A stretch of 51,308 nucleotides of DNA from a virus (IMGVR_UViG_3300020045_016833:1-51308); one strand, 5' to 3'. Numbered from the stretch's first letter, positions 8,470 to 18,811 are shown. The notes: generated by a model from the letters alone, not told the origin. Numbers and translations: made by a program.

Positions 8470-10863
8470 ATGAGTAAAAATGCAACATTAGAGATCGTAT
8501 CAATTAATCAAATTGAGATTTCAAAAACCAATCCAAGAAAATCATTTGATGAGAAAGCCTTAGCGGAACTTTCACAAAGCATCAAGGAACACGGAATATT
8601 ACAACCAATTTTGGTTAGACCATTAAACGATAAAGAAGAAGAGTTTGAACAGTTTGAATTAGTTTGTGGCGAAAGAAGATATCGTGCAGCTACGATGGCA
8701 GGAATTGAAGATATTCCAGTAAACATTAGAGTGCTTACTGATGATGAAGCTTTTGAACTGCAAATCATTGAAAATTTAGAACGTAAGGATGTTCATCCTA
8801 TGGATGAAGCAGATGCATTCAAAAAAATGATTGATTCAGGAAAATATACCATTGCTGATATTTCGGCTAAAATGGCAAAGACCGAAAGCTTTATTGCACA
8901 AAGATTAAAACTATCAGACCTTATCGATGAAGTAAGACAAGATTTTTTTAATGATCATTTAGGGATTGGTCATGCTATTTTAATTGCTAGATGTGACTGG
9001 ACTAAGCAGATTGATATTCACAAAAATGCTCAGCCGTACGGTGAAGGATTACCGGACTATGGTACGGTGAAGGATTTAAAAGAAGATATTGAAGATGATA
9101 CTGTAATTCTTGACAATGCCATTTTTGATCTAAAAGAGGATAATCTTGTTCCAGGAGTATGTGCTTGTGATGTTTGTCCAAAGCGTTCAGGAGCCAATCC
9201 TATTTTATTTTCAGACATGCAAGATGAAGACAGATGTTTTGATGAAAAATGTTTTGACAGTAAGAAAATAGCTTTCATAGAGAAAGAAGTCGCAAAAATC
9301 ATCAGTGAAGCTAAAGACGTGGTTATTTGTTCCGGTTATCCTAAACCAACAGATATGACACTCACTATTTGCAAGCAATATGATATTCAGATATTGAAAC
9401 AATATGATGACTATAATACGCATGAAAGAACAGACTGGAGCATTAGACAGGCATTTATTGTATCAGGATCAGATGGTGGGAAGTATATTGATGTTTATGT
9501 AAAATCAAAAAAAGAAGCCTCAACAATTTCAGAAGAAAGTTCTACTACTGGACCAAAAACTCCAATGTCAAACGAGGAGATTGAAGCTAAAGAGGAGATT
9601 GCTAAAATCGAAGCTAGACAAAAGCGTGCGCTTGAATTGGATGGAGAGAAAGTATGGGCTGAAATAAGAGCGATTGATACTTTGGAAATGCAGAAAGATG
9701 GTGATGCTCCTATTGACCAAGATGACAAACTAGCTTTGGCAGTAGCTTTAATATGGAAATTAAGTTGGAGCAAACAGAAAGAAGTTATGAAGTTTCTAGA
9801 CATAAACATTGGAAACATATACGAAGTTATTGTCACTGATGAAATGCTTAATCGATTGATAAGAATTTTTTATTTAGATGCGCTAAATGAATCTTTTGGA
9901 TCATGCGAAACAAATGTAAAAGCAGCAGCCTATAAAATTTCATTGGATGGGTATTATGCTTCTCAAATCGATACGATAGAACTTTTGCAAAAGGAAATTG
10001 CGGAAAAAAGAATAGATAAAGCTAATGCCAGAATTACAGAGTTAAAAGCCAAAATCGAAAAATTAAAACCTGCTGAAGAACAAAAAAAACAAGCTCCGGA
10101 AAGAACAGAAGATGTGGTGGAAATAAAACATTTTGCAAATGATGTGAAGGAATTTGATAAAGTGGATAAGAAGTATGCGCTCAATAATTCTTATTTCAAA
10201 AATAGAAAGAATAGTTATCCTGCCAATCCTTTAGAAGTTGCAATGTATCATGAACAGCACGGAACTCTTCCATTTGATTACACAGGCACTAACTGGTTGT
10301 ATGATACCTATATCGAATATCAAAAAAGAAATAGTGTTTATCATTCGCAGTTTTTTACACCTCCAGCAACAGCTGCAAGAATTGCATCATTGGCAGATAG
10401 ACATTTTATTGATCCAAAAGGAGAAGCAAATGGTAGACCTTGGGTAATGGATATGTGCTGCGGTTTCGGAATGTTATCTAAACCAATAAGAGATTTAGGA
10501 TTTATTGTAAGAGGTTTTGATTTCAGTGCGGAAATGGTTGACTTGTATAATTTCTCTCAAGATTGTATTGCGGAAAGATGTGATTATGAAAATGATGCAG
10601 TTGAACTTTATGACTGGGTTGTTGCTAATCCTCCATACGAAGTTCCAAAGCTTACGAAGTTCTTCGAACGTTTGCATTCTGATATTTTGGCCGATAATGG
10701 AAAAGCAATTATTCTATTGCCAAAAGGATTTATGATGAAAGAAAAGCCTAAAGCTTTAGTTGAAATACTTGAAAAATTCAACATCATTCATTCAGAAGAT
10801 ATGACGGAGGATTTTGCTCACACAAAAATCAAAGCCGAAATAGTAGTTATAGAAAAAGCCTAA
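8470..10863 (+). CDS. ParB/Spo0J-family protein fused to a C-terminal amino (N6/N4) methyltransferase
   Basis: NPRKSFD..GILQPILVR..LVCGERRYRA..IENLER (ParB); QFFTP, DMCCGFG, NPPY (MTase). Confidence 0.85.
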   Translation: MSKNATLEIVSINQIEISKTNPRKSFDEKALAELSQSIKEHGILQPILVRPLNDKEEEFEQFELVCGERRYRAATMAGIEDIPVNIRVLTDDEAFELQIIENLERKDVHPMDEADAFKKMIDSGKYTIADISAKMAKTESFIAQRLKLSDLIDEVRQDFFNDHLGIGHAILIARCDWTKQIDIHKNAQPYGEGLPDYGTVKDLKEDIEDDTVILDNAIFDLKEDNLVPGVCACDVCPKRSGANPILFSDMQDEDRCFDEKCFDSKKIAFIEKEVAKIISEAKDVVICSGYPKPTDMTLTICKQYDIQILKQYDDYNTHERTDWSIRQAFIVSGSDGGKYIDVYVKSKKEASTISEESSTTGPKTPMSNEEIEAKEEIAKIEARQKRALELDGEKVWAEIRAIDTLEMQKDGDAPIDQDDKLALAVALIWKLSWSKQKEVMKFLDINIGNIYEVIVTDEMLNRLIRIFYLDALNESFGSCETNVKAAAYKISLDGYYASQIDTIELLQKEIAEKRIDKANARITELKAKIEKLKPAEEQKKQAPERTEDVVEIKHFANDVKEFDKVDKKYALNNSYFKNRKNSYPANPLEVAMYHEQHGTLPFDYTGTNWLYDTYIEYQKRNSVYHSQFFTPPATAARIASLADRHFIDPKGEANGRPWVMDMCCGFGMLSKPIRDLGFIVRGFDFSAEMVDLYNFSQDCIAERCDYENDAVELYDWVVANPPYEVPKLTKFFERLHSDILADNGKAIILLPKGFMMKEKPKALVEILEKFNIIHSEDMTEDFAHTKIKAEIVVIEKA

Positions 10864-10867
10864 CGAT

Positions 10868-12697
10868 ATGCAAATAGTAGAATTTTTAAACGAGTTTCAT
10901 ATCGCTGTTGGTTTTGGCAGATTCAAGGATTACCAAACCCAAAGAATAAAATGTATTACTGCTGTACGACAATGGGAAACCAGTATTTTTTCAGGATCTT
11001 ATATTTCCTCTCCAGCAATTGTTGGTACCGCACTTTGTGATGATATCACCAAAATTAACATTCCGGTTCAGCATACTAAAGACAACGAAAAGATAACCTG
11101 GAGAAAGTACGAACCAGTGGCTAAATGGAGCTTTGAAAAAAAGGTGTATATCGTTCCCATCGACTATAAAACGGAAGTATATGCCATTGGAAAAAAATGC
11201 AAAGCTTCGCATGTGATAATCAAGGATAATTTACCCGAAAGGGTGGATGTTATCCCTGCACTTCCAAAATTGAAAATAAAACTAGGCATTGTCCATAAAA
11301 CAAAAGGATTTATACCTAGACCGTATCAAGATGAAGGAATGGCCAGAGGAATGGAATTAAAAAGATTCATCAACGGTGATCAACCAGGACTTGGAAAAAC
11401 ATTACAAAGTATTGGAACTTTAATTGGCGCTGAAAAAATGGATGAGGTAGTTTTTCCTTGCGTTGTTATTTGTCCTTCAGCTTTGAAAGAAAACTGGAAA
11501 AGAGAGTTTGAAATGTGGACCGATAAAAAGCCTATGATTTTGACTGATAGTGTAAAAACTAACTGGCACCGTTTCCACGAAATGGGATTAGCTGATGTAT
11601 TCATTGTAAATTTTGAATCACTAGAAAAATTCTTCGTCACATCAAAGCCGGCAACAAAGGATTTACAACATTCAACGCAAATAATTATGGATCCACGCAT
11701 TGGATTGTTTAAGTCTGCAATTATCGATGAAATCCACAAACTAAAAAATCCTAAATCAATTCGTGCTAAGATTTGTATCAACATCACCAAGCATAAGAAA
11801 TACATCATAGGATTAACAGGAACACCCGTTGTGAACCTCCCAATTGATTTATTCAGCCAATTGGCTATCATATTCAAGTTAAACCATTTTGGTGGCGCAA
11901 ATGGGTTCAAGGAACGCTATTGCGAAGGAGGAAGAGGGAAGTCTAATTTGAAAGAGTTGAACTATCTGATGAATGTGAATTGCTATTTCATGCGTAAAAA
12001 AGAGGATGTACTGAAAGATTTACCGCCTTTATCACGCCAAACTTTGATTTGTTCCATCACCAATAAATCAGAATTCGATAGGGTTAAAAACGACTTTCAA
12101 GCCTTCTTAACCAGCAGTGATTTGACTGATGCCGAAATCAAGAAAAAGATTAATGGCCAAGTGATTGTTCAAATTACCATGTTGCTGCAATTATCAGCAA
12201 TTGGAAAGATTGAAGCAGCCAAGGAGTACATCGATGAAATAATAGAATCCGATCAAAAGATAGTGGTGTTCTGCAAGCATAAGGCAGTAGTGGATTTACT
12301 CAAAAAAGAATATCCAAAAGCCGTAACGGTAACTGGCCAAGACAATGAACACCAAAAACAAGCCGCTGTAGATAGTTTTCAACGAGCTGGAGGTGCTAAT
12401 ATCATTATCCTAAACCATAAAGCAGGAGGAGTAGGATTGACATTAACAGCCAGTAGTGAGGTTTTAATGATGGAATTGCCATGGACACAAGCGGATTGCG
12501 AACAATGCGAAGCACGCTGTCACCGTATGGGACAACCAAGTAATGTAAGAGCCACTTATCTATTGGGAGAAAATACATTAGACCAATGGTTGTATGATAT
12601 CATTCAGGAGAAAAAAGCCATTGCAAACGAAATTACAGGAGCTGAAGATAATGTTCCGGTAAGCATCTTAAATAGAGTAATTGATTTATTCAAATAA
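10868..12697 (+). CDS. SNF2/SF2 helicase (HARP/SMARCAL1-like)
   Basis: RPYQ, DQPGLGKT, DEIH, LTGTP, GVGLTL, QCEARCHRMGQ. Confidence 0.9.
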   Translation: MQIVEFLNEFHIAVGFGRFKDYQTQRIKCITAVRQWETSIFSGSYISSPAIVGTALCDDITKINIPVQHTKDNEKITWRKYEPVAKWSFEKKVYIVPIDYKTEVYAIGKKCKASHVIIKDNLPERVDVIPALPKLKIKLGIVHKTKGFIPRPYQDEGMARGMELKRFINGDQPGLGKTLQSIGTLIGAEKMDEVVFPCVVICPSALKENWKREFEMWTDKKPMILTDSVKTNWHRFHEMGLADVFIVNFESLEKFFVTSKPATKDLQHSTQIIMDPRIGLFKSAIIDEIHKLKNPKSIRAKICINITKHKKYIIGLTGTPVVNLPIDLFSQLAIIFKLNHFGGANGFKERYCEGGRGKSNLKELNYLMNVNCYFMRKKEDVLKDLPPLSRQTLICSITNKSEFDRVKNDFQAFLTSSDLTDAEIKKKINGQVIVQITMLLQLSAIGKIEAAKEYIDEIIESDQKIVVFCKHKAVVDLLKKEYPKAVTVTGQDNEHQKQAAVDSFQRAGGANIIILNHKAGGVGLTLTASSEVLMMELPWTQADCEQCEARCHRMGQPSNVRATYLLGENTLDQWLYDIIQEKKAIANEITGAEDNVPVSILNRVIDLFK

Positions 12698-12721
12698 TTT
12701 TTATAAAAGAAAGCAACCTAA

Positions 12722-13498
12722 ATGAATGGATACGATTTAACAAGAGCGTGGTATAATTACAAATTTCAAAATCCTAAAAAGGTAAAAGCGGCACATTCAG
12801 ACATGTTTTTTTATATCGTGGACCTGTGGAATCGATTAGGTCAAAAAAAAGAATTTGGATTACCAACAACGGTTACAATGGAAGCTTTAGGGGTAGGTTC
12901 GTACAACACTTATAAAAAAACGCTGGATGATTTGTTTGAAATTGGTTTTATAAAATTGGTTTCAGATAGTAAAAATCAACATCAAAGTAAAATAATTGCT
13001 TTGTCAAAAATTGACAAAGCAACTGACGAAGCACTTGACAAAGCAACTATAAAAGCAACTGACGAAGCACTTGACAAAGCAACTGATACCATAGTTAAAC
13101 AACTAAACAATACAACAACTAAACAATTAAACAATAATACTCTTTTAGAAAAAGAGACAAAAGAACATTTTTCTTTTAGAAAGGTATTGATTCAAAATGG
13201 CGGTTTAGAAACTTTAGTTGACGATTGGTTAAAAGTTAGAAAAACAAAAAAAGCAACTAATAGCGGAACTGCTTTGTCAGGATTTTTGAAACAAGTTGAA
13301 ATATCAAAATTATCCATTGATGAGGTTTTAATAATCTGCATCGAAAAAGATTGGAAAGGCTTTAATGCTTCCTGGATAAAAAATTTACAAAATCAAAATT
13401 CGCAAAATGGAAAACAACAATTTACAAACCCAGTCAAAACAGCCTACGAGTTTAGCGTTGATCGGGTTATCGAGACCCACGCTAGCAATTCTGAATGA
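12722..13498 (+). CDS. Phage replication initiator
   Basis: wHTH-like N-terminus, internal iterons (DKAT/DEAL repeats), C-terminal DWLKVRK..WKGFNASW. Confidence 0.75.
   Translation: MNGYDLTRAWYNYKFQNPKKVKAAHSDMFFYIVDLWNRLGQKKEFGLPTTVTMEALGVGSYNTYKKTLDDLFEIGFIKLVSDSKNQHQSKIIALSKIDKATDEALDKATIKATDEALDKATDTIVKQLNNTTTKQLNNNTLLEKETKEHFSFRKVLIQNGGLETLVDDWLKVRKTKKATNSGTALSGFLKQVEISKLSIDEVLIICIEKDWKGFNASWIKNLQNQNSQNGKQQFTNPVKTAYEFSVDRVIETHASNSE
13011..13140. repeat. Iteron array and AT-rich tract, probable replication origin
   Basis: 33-bp AAAGCAACTGACGAAGCACTTGACAAAGCAACT at 13016-13048 and 13052-13084 (12-bp periodicity), then TAAACAA repeats. Confidence 0.75.
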
Positions 13499-14234
13499 AG
13501 ATTATCCAAAAGTGAAAACTATTGAATCAAAACAGGAAATAAATGGCTTGCTGAATTTCTTAATCACAATTATAAACATCAAAGTTTCAAGTGAAGAAGA
13601 AAAACTGCAGCTCGACAAGCAAATGGTTTTAATTTTTGATCTGATAAAAACAAAATTCGGCAGCCTTACGGTTCCGGAAATAAAAGAAGCTTTCAAAATG
13701 TTCATCGCTAAAGAATTTCCAGAGCTCAAAGTATTTAGAATTTTAGATTGTGTCGTTGTGGCTGATGTATTAAATGCTTATAAAGAATTTAGAAATGAAA
13801 GTCTTCGAGCGTATGACATCAAGAAACAAACCCTTTTACAACAACCAAAACCAATGACTGAGGAAGACATTAAAAAAAACCAAGAAGAGTTATTAAAAAT
13901 TGTTTTTACTGATTTAAAAGAAACCGGTCTAAGTTTAGACGCTTGGTTGCTGTATGAAAATTTAGAAGCCAATGGAATGATCACCATCTCCAATAAACAA
14001 AAAAAAGAGATGTATGCACAGCAAGCTCAAATTTATTTAGTAGAGCTGGTTCAAGAAACAACCAAACGATATTTCCATTCTGCAAAAATAGTAATTGAAG
14101 ATGCTAGGAATAAAATTGAAAAAGGAAAAGTCATTGGATCAGTGGCCAATAAATGCAAAAGCATTGTAGTGTCGAACATTTTGAAGAATTACCTAACGGA
14201 CTTTGAAGAGTTCAAAAATCAGATTGAAAGATGA
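13407..14234 (+). CDS. Replication-associated protein (possible helicase loader)
   Basis: Overlaps initiator; LTVPEIKEAF motif; call is positional. Confidence 0.5.
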   Translation: MENNNLQTQSKQPTSLALIGLSRPTLAILNEDYPKVKTIESKQEINGLLNFLITIINIKVSSEEEKLQLDKQMVLIFDLIKTKFGSLTVPEIKEAFKMFIAKEFPELKVFRILDCVVVADVLNAYKEFRNESLRAYDIKKQTLLQQPKPMTEEDIKKNQEELLKIVFTDLKETGLSLDAWLLYENLEANGMITISNKQKKEMYAQQAQIYLVELVQETTKRYFHSAKIVIEDARNKIEKGKVIGSVANKCKSIVVSNILKNYLTDFEEFKNQIER

Positions 14235-14662
14235 AAAATTTAATATCAAATACTGCATTTGGAAAATTATTGCTGACAAAACATTTGTCTGATAAACAAG
14301 TTCGCGACTTAAGAGATAATTACGATGAATTTTTATCTCTGTTACTTGAAATGTGGATGTTTTTCCCTTGTAAATTAGTTGACGGGATTTGGACTATTAT
14401 GAACGATCCCGATTTACCAAGAGGAATGTGTAGAGATTGTGCTGATGAATTTGGAAGATGTCCGAACGGGGACAAACATTTGTGCGATCCAGATGAAGCA
14501 AGGAAAGAATACCAACAAGCAAAACAAAGATGTTTGTTTGAAGGATACGACGGAACAATTGAACATTTACAAAACTTACTTAAACTTAAAATTACCGTTG
14601 AGAACATGGTAAAATATTATTTAGACCTAACGCCAACAGCAGTAAAACAAATCGGTTTATGA
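14231..14662 (+). CDS. Hypothetical protein
   Basis: ATGA-coupled; Cys-rich segment. Confidence 0.6.
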   Translation: MKNLISNTAFGKLLLTKHLSDKQVRDLRDNYDEFLSLLLEMWMFFPCKLVDGIWTIMNDPDLPRGMCRDCADEFGRCPNGDKHLCDPDEARKEYQQAKQRCLFEGYDGTIEHLQNLLKLKITVENMVKYYLDLTPTAVKQIGL

Positions 14663-15090
14663 AGTGGACCGAAAACGATTTGCAAAAAGCAAAAGACAAA
14701 GGTTTGAAAGTCGATGATTCAAAAGCTGGTATCGCTAATACCGATAGTATAAAACCCAAAATCAAGATTGAAAAAATTTCGATTGAAAAAAACACCATCG
14801 AATTTGTTTTGATGAGTTTGAAGCAACAAGGAATCATAAACTACTTTGTAACTGAGCATAAGTTTGATGCTGTACGGAATTACCGATTTGATTGGGCGCT
14901 GTTGGATTTAAAAATAGGAATTGAATACGAAGGCATCTTTTCCAAAAAAAGCCGACATACCACCGCAAAAGGTTTTTCTGAGGATTGCAACAAATACAAC
15001 TTAGCAATTCACAACGGATGGCGCGTGCTTCGATACACGGCTTTAAATTACCAGAATTTAGAAAACGATTTAATAAAACTTATAAAATAA
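14659..15090 (+). CDS. Vsr/DUF559-like endonuclease
   Basis: EHKF..YRFDWA..IGIEYEG..KYN..GWRVLRY. Confidence 0.75.
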   Translation: MKWTENDLQKAKDKGLKVDDSKAGIANTDSIKPKIKIEKISIEKNTIEFVLMSLKQQGIINYFVTEHKFDAVRNYRFDWALLDLKIGIEYEGIFSKKSRHTTAKGFSEDCNKYNLAIHNGWRVLRYTALNYQNLENDLIKLIK

Positions 15091-15092
15091 TC

Positions 15093-15260
15093 ATGGCCAC
15101 ACTCAAAGAAATTGAAGATAGAATTCAGGAGCATGAAAAACGATTAGCTGAATTGCATCAAGAAGGAAATAAAAAAATAATTGAAGTAATGATAAAAATT
15201 ATTGCTTTTTGGAATAATCAAAAAGAAAAAGCAATGAAAAGTAAAACTAAAACAGCATGA
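15093..15260 (+). CDS. Small hypothetical protein
   Basis: Likely start MATLKE within ORF 14985-15260. Confidence 0.5.
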   Translation: MATLKEIEDRIQEHEKRLAELHQEGNKKIIEVMIKIIAFWNNQKEKAMKSKTKTA

Positions 15261-15739
15261 AAATAATACTATTAATTCTTCTTTTTCCTTTGCTACTTAT
15301 GGCTCAAGGATTAAAATTAAAAGACACGGAAGATTTTACTGTTTCAATCATAGCGGATCCCAGAGCATCATTCAAAGAAGGTGGTTTGTTCATAGGTGGA
15401 GAAATTGAATATTCAGGAGCTATCTACACTAGAGTTGGAGTATCCAATTTTGCTGTTCTAAAAGATGGATATACGGAATTAATCGGAGGTATAGGACTCA
15501 ATTTTTCGAGTGGTTATTTTGAGAAATTTAGGTATTACACCGGAATTAGATTAGGAATCATAAAGCGACAATCCGCAAACGCCACTGCAGGGATTGAAGC
15601 AGGAATGGATTTAATGATTAATGATAATTTATTTATCGGAATGCGTGCCACTTATGACTATCGCTCTGATTTTAAATTTTACGATTACCCAAATGAAATG
15701 AGAGGAAGTGGCTTTATTCGAATAGGAACTAAATTTTAA
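15257..15739 (+). CDS. Outer-membrane beta-barrel protein
   Basis: Signal peptide, alternating amphipathic strands, C-terminal GFIRIGTKF. Confidence 0.7.
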   Translation: MKIILLILLFPLLLMAQGLKLKDTEDFTVSIIADPRASFKEGGLFIGGEIEYSGAIYTRVGVSNFAVLKDGYTELIGGIGLNFSSGYFEKFRYYTGIRLGIIKRQSANATAGIEAGMDLMINDNLFIGMRATYDYRSDFKFYDYPNEMRGSGFIRIGTKF

Positions 15740-15744
15740 AGGAA

Positions 15745-15954
15745 ATGGCAAACGGAACCAGAACAAAAGTTTCTCCTTATCCGGGAGTAGGTTGGAACAA
15801 ATCCAATCAAAAATGGAAAGCTACAGTTACAGCGGATAATGTGACTTATGAATGCGGTCATTTTGATGATGATAGAGCAGCAGCCAAAGCAAGGGATATG
15901 AAAATTATTGCTTTGAAATTGAATAAACCTTTACAAATTTTAAAACCAGTATAA
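15745..15954 (+). CDS. AP2-domain DNA-binding protein
   Basis: YPGVGW..KWKA..GHFDDDRAAAKARD. Confidence 0.8.
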   Translation: MANGTRTKVSPYPGVGWNKSNQKWKATVTADNVTYECGHFDDDRAAAKARDMKIIALKLNKPLQILKPV

Positions 15955-16268
15955 TGAATTCCGAAGAAGAAGCGATCAAGGAAATGATGGCTATGTCCGA
16001 TGAAGAAATTTTGATGGTACCATTTGATACTGTGAAATGGATTTGCCAGGCTAAAGGATGTAACCGGCATACTAAAGTTAGGGATTATGGAATTTCACCA
16101 ATTTATTTTCATCCGAAAATGAAAGGCCGATGGAGAAATGTTTCAGAAGGTTTCTTCTTATGTGCTAAGCACTGGAAGTTACACGAGCGATTGCTGAAAG
16201 GTTTCAGTTGGGAGAGAATAAGAAATAAAATACTGGATTTAGAAAAACAAAATATAATTAAATTATGA
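15954..16268 (+). CDS. Hypothetical Cys/His-containing protein
   Basis: CQAKGC...LCAKH. Confidence 0.6.
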   Translation: MNSEEEAIKEMMAMSDEEILMVPFDTVKWICQAKGCNRHTKVRDYGISPIYFHPKMKGRWRNVSEGFFLCAKHWKLHERLLKGFSWERIRNKILDLEKQNIIKL

Positions 16269-16903
16269 ATGAAAAATTAATACAAAAAGCTCTTTTTGAT
16301 AGCTTCAGTTCTCATAAGTATCGATTTACAAACGCTTACTATTTTGAAAATGAAAGTGATTTTTTAAGTTTTATGCCAAATGGGTATTGCTATGAAATTG
16401 AAATTAAGATCAGTCGTTCTGATTTTAAAGCTGATTTTAAAAAAGTAAAACATAATATTCATTCAAGCAATCAGAACGGGAATTTGTATTATTTAGAAAA
16501 ATTTGGTTTTGGTAGAGTGCTAAGTCCATCATGGGAATTATGCAGACTATTTCCAGAATTAATAGAATCGCAGGAAAGAGATACATATAGACATGGAATT
16601 GAGGTTACAACATGGCTGAACGCAAGCTGTAAAATTGAAATTAAAGAAGTTAAAAACACAAAGCTTCCAAATAAGTTCTTTTATGCAGTACCAACAGGTT
16701 TAATTTCAAAAGAAGAGGTTCCTGATTATGCAGGGCTTTTATACATTGATGAAAATTTAAAAGTTACTAAAATCAAGGATGGGAAATTTATTCATAAAGA
16801 TACATTGCCGCCTGAGCGTATTTTCAACAAAACATATTTTGGATATGAAACATTATTAAGGGAACAATTTAGAAAAATTCCACAATCAAAAACTAAACTA
16901 TGA
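16265..16903 (+). CDS. MmcB-like PD-(D/E)XK nuclease
   Basis: ESD..YEIEIKISRSDFKADFKK..KFFYAVP..YAGL. Confidence 0.7.
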   Translation: MNEKLIQKALFDSFSSHKYRFTNAYYFENESDFLSFMPNGYCYEIEIKISRSDFKADFKKVKHNIHSSNQNGNLYYLEKFGFGRVLSPSWELCRLFPELIESQERDTYRHGIEVTTWLNASCKIEIKEVKNTKLPNKFFYAVPTGLISKEEVPDYAGLLYIDENLKVTKIKDGKFIHKDTLPPERIFNKTYFGYETLLREQFRKIPQSKTKL

Positions 16904-17688
16904 AAGCACTATCAATAAAACAGCCTTGGGCATCATTAATCGCTCATGGAATAAAACCAATTGAAAATAGAAATTGGAGAACGCATTTTAGAGGTAAAAT
17001 TTATATTCATGCTTCAGGACAAATTTACCCACTTTTTAAAGGAAATAATTTAGCTTTTCCACCGGACCAATGGAACGATATTAATAAAAAAGTTGATGTT
17101 TTTAAAAAGGAAGAACATGATAAATTTTTCTTAACATCAGCCATCATCGGTGAAGTTGAAATAATTGATTGTGTTCAAGATCATCCGAGTATTTGGGCTG
17201 AAAAGCATAACGATATTATGGGAGAATTTATTAATAAACCTATTTGGAACTGGGTACTTGCTAATCCGGTTCTTTATGACAAACCAATTCTAAACGTAAA
17301 AGGGAAGCTTTCTTTCTGGTACCCAGATAATGATATTGTTGAATGCATCGGTTGCTCGAAAAAATTTGATTCTGAATTTATGGAAGAAGATGAGAGCGGT
17401 GAAAAGTTTTGCAGCGAGTGTTGGGAGGAACTATCTCCGGTTATGATTAAGGAAACCAAAGAATGCAATGATCATTACAAACTATCAGAATTTGGAAAAG
17501 TAGTCACTATTTGCCAATCAGTTTACAATTATGAATTTCTTATTACTGATGGATTCTCCCAAAAAGCTAAAAATACATTTTCCTGTATGGAAGTCTGTAT
17601 GGAAATAGCAGAAGGTTATCCCTATGTTAAAAAATGCATTACTGAAGATAATAAATTTCATTTGATACTAACCAAAGAGAAAAAGTAA
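16900..17688 (+). CDS. ASCH-domain protein with C-terminal Zn-ribbon extension
   Basis: MKALSIKQPWASLIAHGIKPIENRNWRT..RGKIYIHAS; CIGC..FCSEC. Confidence 0.85.
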   Translation: MKALSIKQPWASLIAHGIKPIENRNWRTHFRGKIYIHASGQIYPLFKGNNLAFPPDQWNDINKKVDVFKKEEHDKFFLTSAIIGEVEIIDCVQDHPSIWAEKHNDIMGEFINKPIWNWVLANPVLYDKPILNVKGKLSFWYPDNDIVECIGCSKKFDSEFMEEDESGEKFCSECWEELSPVMIKETKECNDHYKLSEFGKVVTICQSVYNYEFLITDGFSQKAKNTFSCMEVCMEIAEGYPYVKKCITEDNKFHLILTKEKK

Positions 17689-17692
17689 AATT

Positions 17693-18079
17693 ATGGCTTA
17701 CGACATTTACGGAAACGATTTAAGACGTGGATACTGTGAAGTTCACCCACACGTACATCAAGAATATCCTTGTGATATTTGTTGTAGAGATATAGAACAA
17801 AGTAACCGTCAAAATCAACAAAATCAACAAGGCGAGCAAATTCAGCAAAGTAATGATCTGGAAACAGTACGGGTTGTAATTGATATGCTTATAATCAGAA
17901 TTCCAAAATCTGATTTAGATGCTGGTTCAATTGACGTTGATTTTAATGGACAATATATGGTTCAAATTCAAAAAGAAGAAAGTTCTAATTCATGGATTGT
18001 CACAAATGCAATGAATGGATATGGGCATAATTGTTTTGAAGAATTTAAACGCTCAGAAGTTTCAATTTTAAATAACTAG
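17693..18079 (+). CDS. Hypothetical protein
   Basis: Cys/His N-terminus, Gln-rich linker. Confidence 0.65.
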   Translation: MAYDIYGNDLRRGYCEVHPHVHQEYPCDICCRDIEQSNRQNQQNQQGEQIQQSNDLETVRVVIDMLIIRIPKSDLDAGSIDVDFNGQYMVQIQKEESSNSWIVTNAMNGYGHNCFEEFKRSEVSILNN

Positions 18080-18156
18080 ATAAAAAAATAAACCTAGTAA
18101 AAACAGTACTTGAATTAACATTGCTCCTACGGTGGAGACAACTAAACGAAAATCAC

Positions 18157-18552
18157 ATGAACAACAAAAAATTAAATCAAGGTCAGGAAGTTTATTTCAT
18201 TGGAGAAAAAGCGCCAATGATTGTAAACGAAATCAATGAAAATTTTGCAATATGCACAAGAGATCTGCATCGATGGTATGATGCCGATTTGATAAGATAT
18301 GAGGCAAAAGAAAATTTTTCATCCTTTACAGAAACTTATAATAATCTAAAAAATAGTATCGTTTATTCGATTTTAGATTTTAAAAACAACGTAAAAGGAA
18401 CTCATAATTCTTGGGGTTACGGAATTGAAAAGAAAACTTTAAAAAATGATGCTAAAGAAATTTTAAAAGCATTAGAATCAAATGAGATTGAAATTTCAAG
18501 AAGAAACAGCTGTCAATTAAATATCGATTGGGAAATGACTCTAAATCCATAA
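18157..18552 (+). CDS. Hypothetical protein
   Basis: Likely start MNNKK within ORF 18121-18552. Confidence 0.6.
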   Translation: MNNKKLNQGQEVYFIGEKAPMIVNEINENFAICTRDLHRWYDADLIRYEAKENFSSFTETYNNLKNSIVYSILDFKNNVKGTHNSWGYGIEKKTLKNDAKEILKALESNEIEISRRNSCQLNIDWEMTLNP

Positions 18553-18561
18553 ATTAAAAAT

Positions 18562-18744
18562 ATGCAAGCAGATATTCAAGGAGCATTAGCTCAAATAGAC
18601 AAAAGTTGGAAAGCATTTACTCATAAAGGAATACCAATGACTAAAGAGCAAGTCACAAAGGTTTTGATTTATGCAAATAATAAAGGCTATAAATCAACTT
18701 CAGAATTAAGCGATAATGAGGTAGATGAAATTATAAATAAATAA
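18562..18744 (+). CDS. Hypothetical protein
   Basis: ORF with A-rich leader. Confidence 0.55.
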   Translation: MQADIQGALAQIDKSWKAFTHKGIPMTKEQVTKVLIYANNKGYKSTSELSDNEVDEIINK

Positions 18745-18811
18745 TTATCAAAGAAACATAGCAGCTATAGCGAATGGTACCCGATTACATAAAAACATAA
18801 ACCCTTTATTT

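Noticed and set aside
13011-13084. Mini-CRISPR array
   Set aside because: Tandem in-frame 12-bp-period repeats without unique spacers inside the initiator gene are iterons; no cas genes
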